Source: Myxococcota bacterium (GTDB lineage Bacteria; Myxococcota_A; UBA796; UBA2385). From it: a stretch of 54,283 nt of DNA. Positions within the stretch are counted from its first letter, which is position 1; every line of letters begins with the position of its first letter. Positions 52,311 to 54,283 of the stretch are shown here, piece after piece. Location of the stretch: assembly GCA_044344255.1 (NCBI GenBank), contig JBIJDH010000037.1, positions 1 to 54,283 on the forward strand, written 5' to 3'. The notes beneath the pieces were generated by a model. That model saw nothing but the letters and a program-made list of their open reading frames with translations. It was not told where the DNA came from and did not search any database. A program made the position numbers and the translations under genes.

Positions 52311-53318
52311 TCAGCCTCCCCCGATGGCGGGGTTGGAGCAGGCATCGGCGATGGGTGGCCGTGGGGCGCCGACCCCCGGAGATAGAGCTCGCCGCAGCTC
52401 CTCCGCCGAGAGCGCCCCCGCGCACCACCGCTCCGTCGTCGCCCGCGCCGCCAGCCCCACGAGCGCCGCGTTGATCGGCGTCGGCACGCCCAGCCGCTCG
52501 CCGAGCCGGACAAAGTATCCGTGAAGCCACTCCGTCTCCAGCCGGTCCCCGCGGGCCAGCGCGTGCCGTGTCGAGCCGCCCACCCTCGGCCGACCGTCTA
52601 CCGCCACGACCTCCATCGGGCCGATCCGGGCGTCGAATTCGGCGTCCGCGATCACGTCCACACCCTGGGCGCGGAAGCAGGCCCGGGCCTCTTCGACCGT
52701 CGCCTCGAGGAGGTCTATCGGCGGCTCGTCGCAGAGCGCGACATGGATCCCACCCAGGTTGGTGAGGGCCTTTGCGCGGATCCAGGGCGCGATGTCGGCG
52801 GACACCTCCGCGCGAAACCCGGCCGCGCGGAGCACCTCGGCGAACCACACCTCGGGTCCGAGGACGCCGCTCGGCCACCTCCCGAGGAAGATTGCGCCGG
52901 GGTGGGGCGCTCCGGCCAGCACGATCACTCCGGGCGCGCGGCGCTCCGCCGGGACGTAGAGCATGCCGGCGATGACCGGCCTGTCGGCCAGCTCCTCGAG
53001 CGGCGCGAGCCCGTTCTGGAAGCTCACGAGCACCACATCGGGCGGCAAGGTCGCGACCGCGGCGGTGGTGTCGTGCCCCATGGTGGAGAGCACCACGAGG
53101 TCGTCCGACCGCACATCCTCGACACGGCCGACCGGCACGCGCAAGTGACGCCCACCACCCGGCAACCGAAGGTCGAGCCCGTCCGCCGCCAACGCCCGGC
53201 CGTGCGCGCCGCGCGCGACGAGGAGCACATCGACGCCGGAGGCCCAGAGGAGGCCCCCGACGCCCGCGCCGATGGCGCCAGCGCCGAGGAAGACCACTCG
53301 CCGAGGGTCAGAGGTCAT
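52311..53318 (-). CDS. Ketopantoate reductase (PanE/ApbA) family protein
   Basis: GAGAIG, LVARG, FQNGL, AKALTN, LETEWLHG. Confidence 0.85.
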   Translation of the reverse strand: MTSDPRRVVFLGAGAIGAGVGGLLWASGVDVLLVARGAHGRALAADGLDLRLPGGGRHLRVPVGRVEDVRSDDLVVLSTMGHDTTAAVATLPPDVVLVSFQNGLAPLEELADRPVIAGMLYVPAERRAPGVIVLAGAPHPGAIFLGRWPSGVLGPEVWFAEVLRAAGFRAEVSADIAPWIRAKALTNLGGIHVALCDEPPIDLLEATVEEARACFRAQGVDVIADAEFDARIGPMEVVAVDGRPRVGGSTRHALARGDRLETEWLHGYFVRLGERLGVPTPINAALVGLAARATTERWCAGALSAEELRRALSPGVGAPRPPIADACSNPAIGGG

Positions 53319-53390
53319 CGGGGCTCCCTATCGCCAAGGTGGGGTAGGGCTCTATCGCCCCAGGGTCGGAACCCGAAGAGCCGTCGAGCC

Positions 53391-54047
53391 TCAGAGGTCG
53401 ACCGTAACGCTCAGCCAGCCGCCACCCGGTCGCGGGGAGAGCTCCAGCCGCGGGCGGAGCTTCAGGGGGTCATCTGGGATGGGCGGTGACTCGTCCACGT
53501 CGGAGGGCGCTGCTTCAGTCTCGCCGGTCATCTTGCGGTCGAAGAGCAGCTGGCCCCCTCCACAGAGGAAGGCGCCGATCAGGGCTCCGTGGCTGATCCG
53601 CAACAGACCGGGATCGGGCCCACCGTAGTAGACCAAATTCCCTTGACGCATCTCCTGTGGGCTCTGCTCGGCGGCGAAGGAGAACGCGACCGCGGTGAGC
53701 TCGAGCCCGATCCCCACCACCACACCTCCCCCAAGGCCCTCCACCCGCCCCTGGCGCCGGAGCCCCGTGTGGCGGAGGCTGGCGCCGGACAGGAGGGCCA
53801 CGTCGCCCGCGTTGAGCACGCTCCAGCCGAGGCTCTGCAAGGCGGGATCCTGAGGCGAGCCGACGACCAGTCCAAGGCCAACGGCGCCCACGCTCGCGCC
53901 GGTGATGGCGAGGGCTCCACCGCTTCGGAGCTGCCGCTCGGGTGTTGGCGCGGCGAGGACCGGCGGGCTGAGCGCGCCGAGCGCGAGCCAGAGGGGGCCC
54001 GCGAGGAGGGTGAGTGTGGGCGTTCCGGGGTGTGTGGGGATCCGCAT
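53391..54047 (-). CDS. Hypothetical exported/membrane protein
   Basis: Signal-like N-terminus, Gly-rich hydrophobic segments, C-terminal beta-like WLSVTVDL; start uncertain. Confidence 0.55.
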   Translation of the reverse strand: MRIPTHPGTPTLTLLAGPLWLALGALSPPVLAAPTPERQLRSGGALAITGASVGAVGLGLVVGSPQDPALQSLGWSVLNAGDVALLSGASLRHTGLRRQGRVEGLGGGVVVGIGLELTAVAFSFAAEQSPQEMRQGNLVYYGGPDPGLLRISHGALIGAFLCGGGQLLFDRKMTGETEAAPSDVDESPPIPDDPLKLRPRLELSPRPGGGWLSVTVDL

Positions 54048-54283
54048 AGCGACAACCTGACCTGCTGCGCCCCGACCAGCCAACCCGAGGAGGGGACAGG
54101 ACTCTCCAACGTCACTCTCCGCGGGGAGCGCAGGCAGGTCATCCCAGATGTTAATCGGGAGTCCTGAGAAGAAAGTGCCGCTCCCGGACCGACCTCCAGA
54201 GGGCGGAGGTGGCCGGTCGGGGGTCGGGGTGCCCCCACTCGGTTCGGCGGGGGCCATGCGGGTGTCTCCGGCCGGACGCGCAC

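Noticed and set aside
54048..54156. Integron attC site (minus strand GATTAAC...GTTGTCG before an ATG)
   Set aside because: Poor fit to RYYYAAC/GTTRRRY, wrong L/R spacing, no second attC after the gene and no integrase.

Overview
High-GC bacterial chromosomal window of about 36 genes. The split F1Fo operon (atpF'FHAGDC without atpIBE), Hanks-type kinases, a PEGA domain and Cys/Asp-rich lipoproteins suggest a Myxococcota/deltaproteobacterial lineage (inference). It is mostly housekeeping, envelope and signalling genes: ATP synthase, carB, ndh, an RlmI-like methyltransferase, a YitJ-like methionine enzyme, an MBOAT/SGNH O-acylation pair, a DUF2339/DUF3999-like pair, an SPFH protein, two Ser/Thr kinases and a GMC oxidoreductase pair. 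Notable points: (1) bases 1-2640 hold two IS91/ISCR-type scars missed by the ORF track, a transposase C-terminal fragment and an oriIS-like end, each truncating a gene. (2) A 759-aa protein appears to fuse an extended-GreA/CarD-like N-terminal module, a pseudokinase lobe and an intact PP2C phosphatase, divergent from a SAMHD1-like HD protein; this is the best candidate for a new system. (3) A fully degenerate OLD/SMC-type ABC-ATPase fold protein is coupled to a Zn-ribbon membrane protein. (4) About ten genes have a TA-N4 hexamer 6-7 nt before the start codon, suggesting widespread leaderless mRNAs. (5) Smaller features include an in-frame 96-bp insertion with a 13-bp direct repeat in the MBOAT gene and a triple C-tract repeat before the YitJ-like gene. 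No rRNA, tRNA or CRISPR array was seen. All family calls come from motifs recognised by eye; no searches were run.
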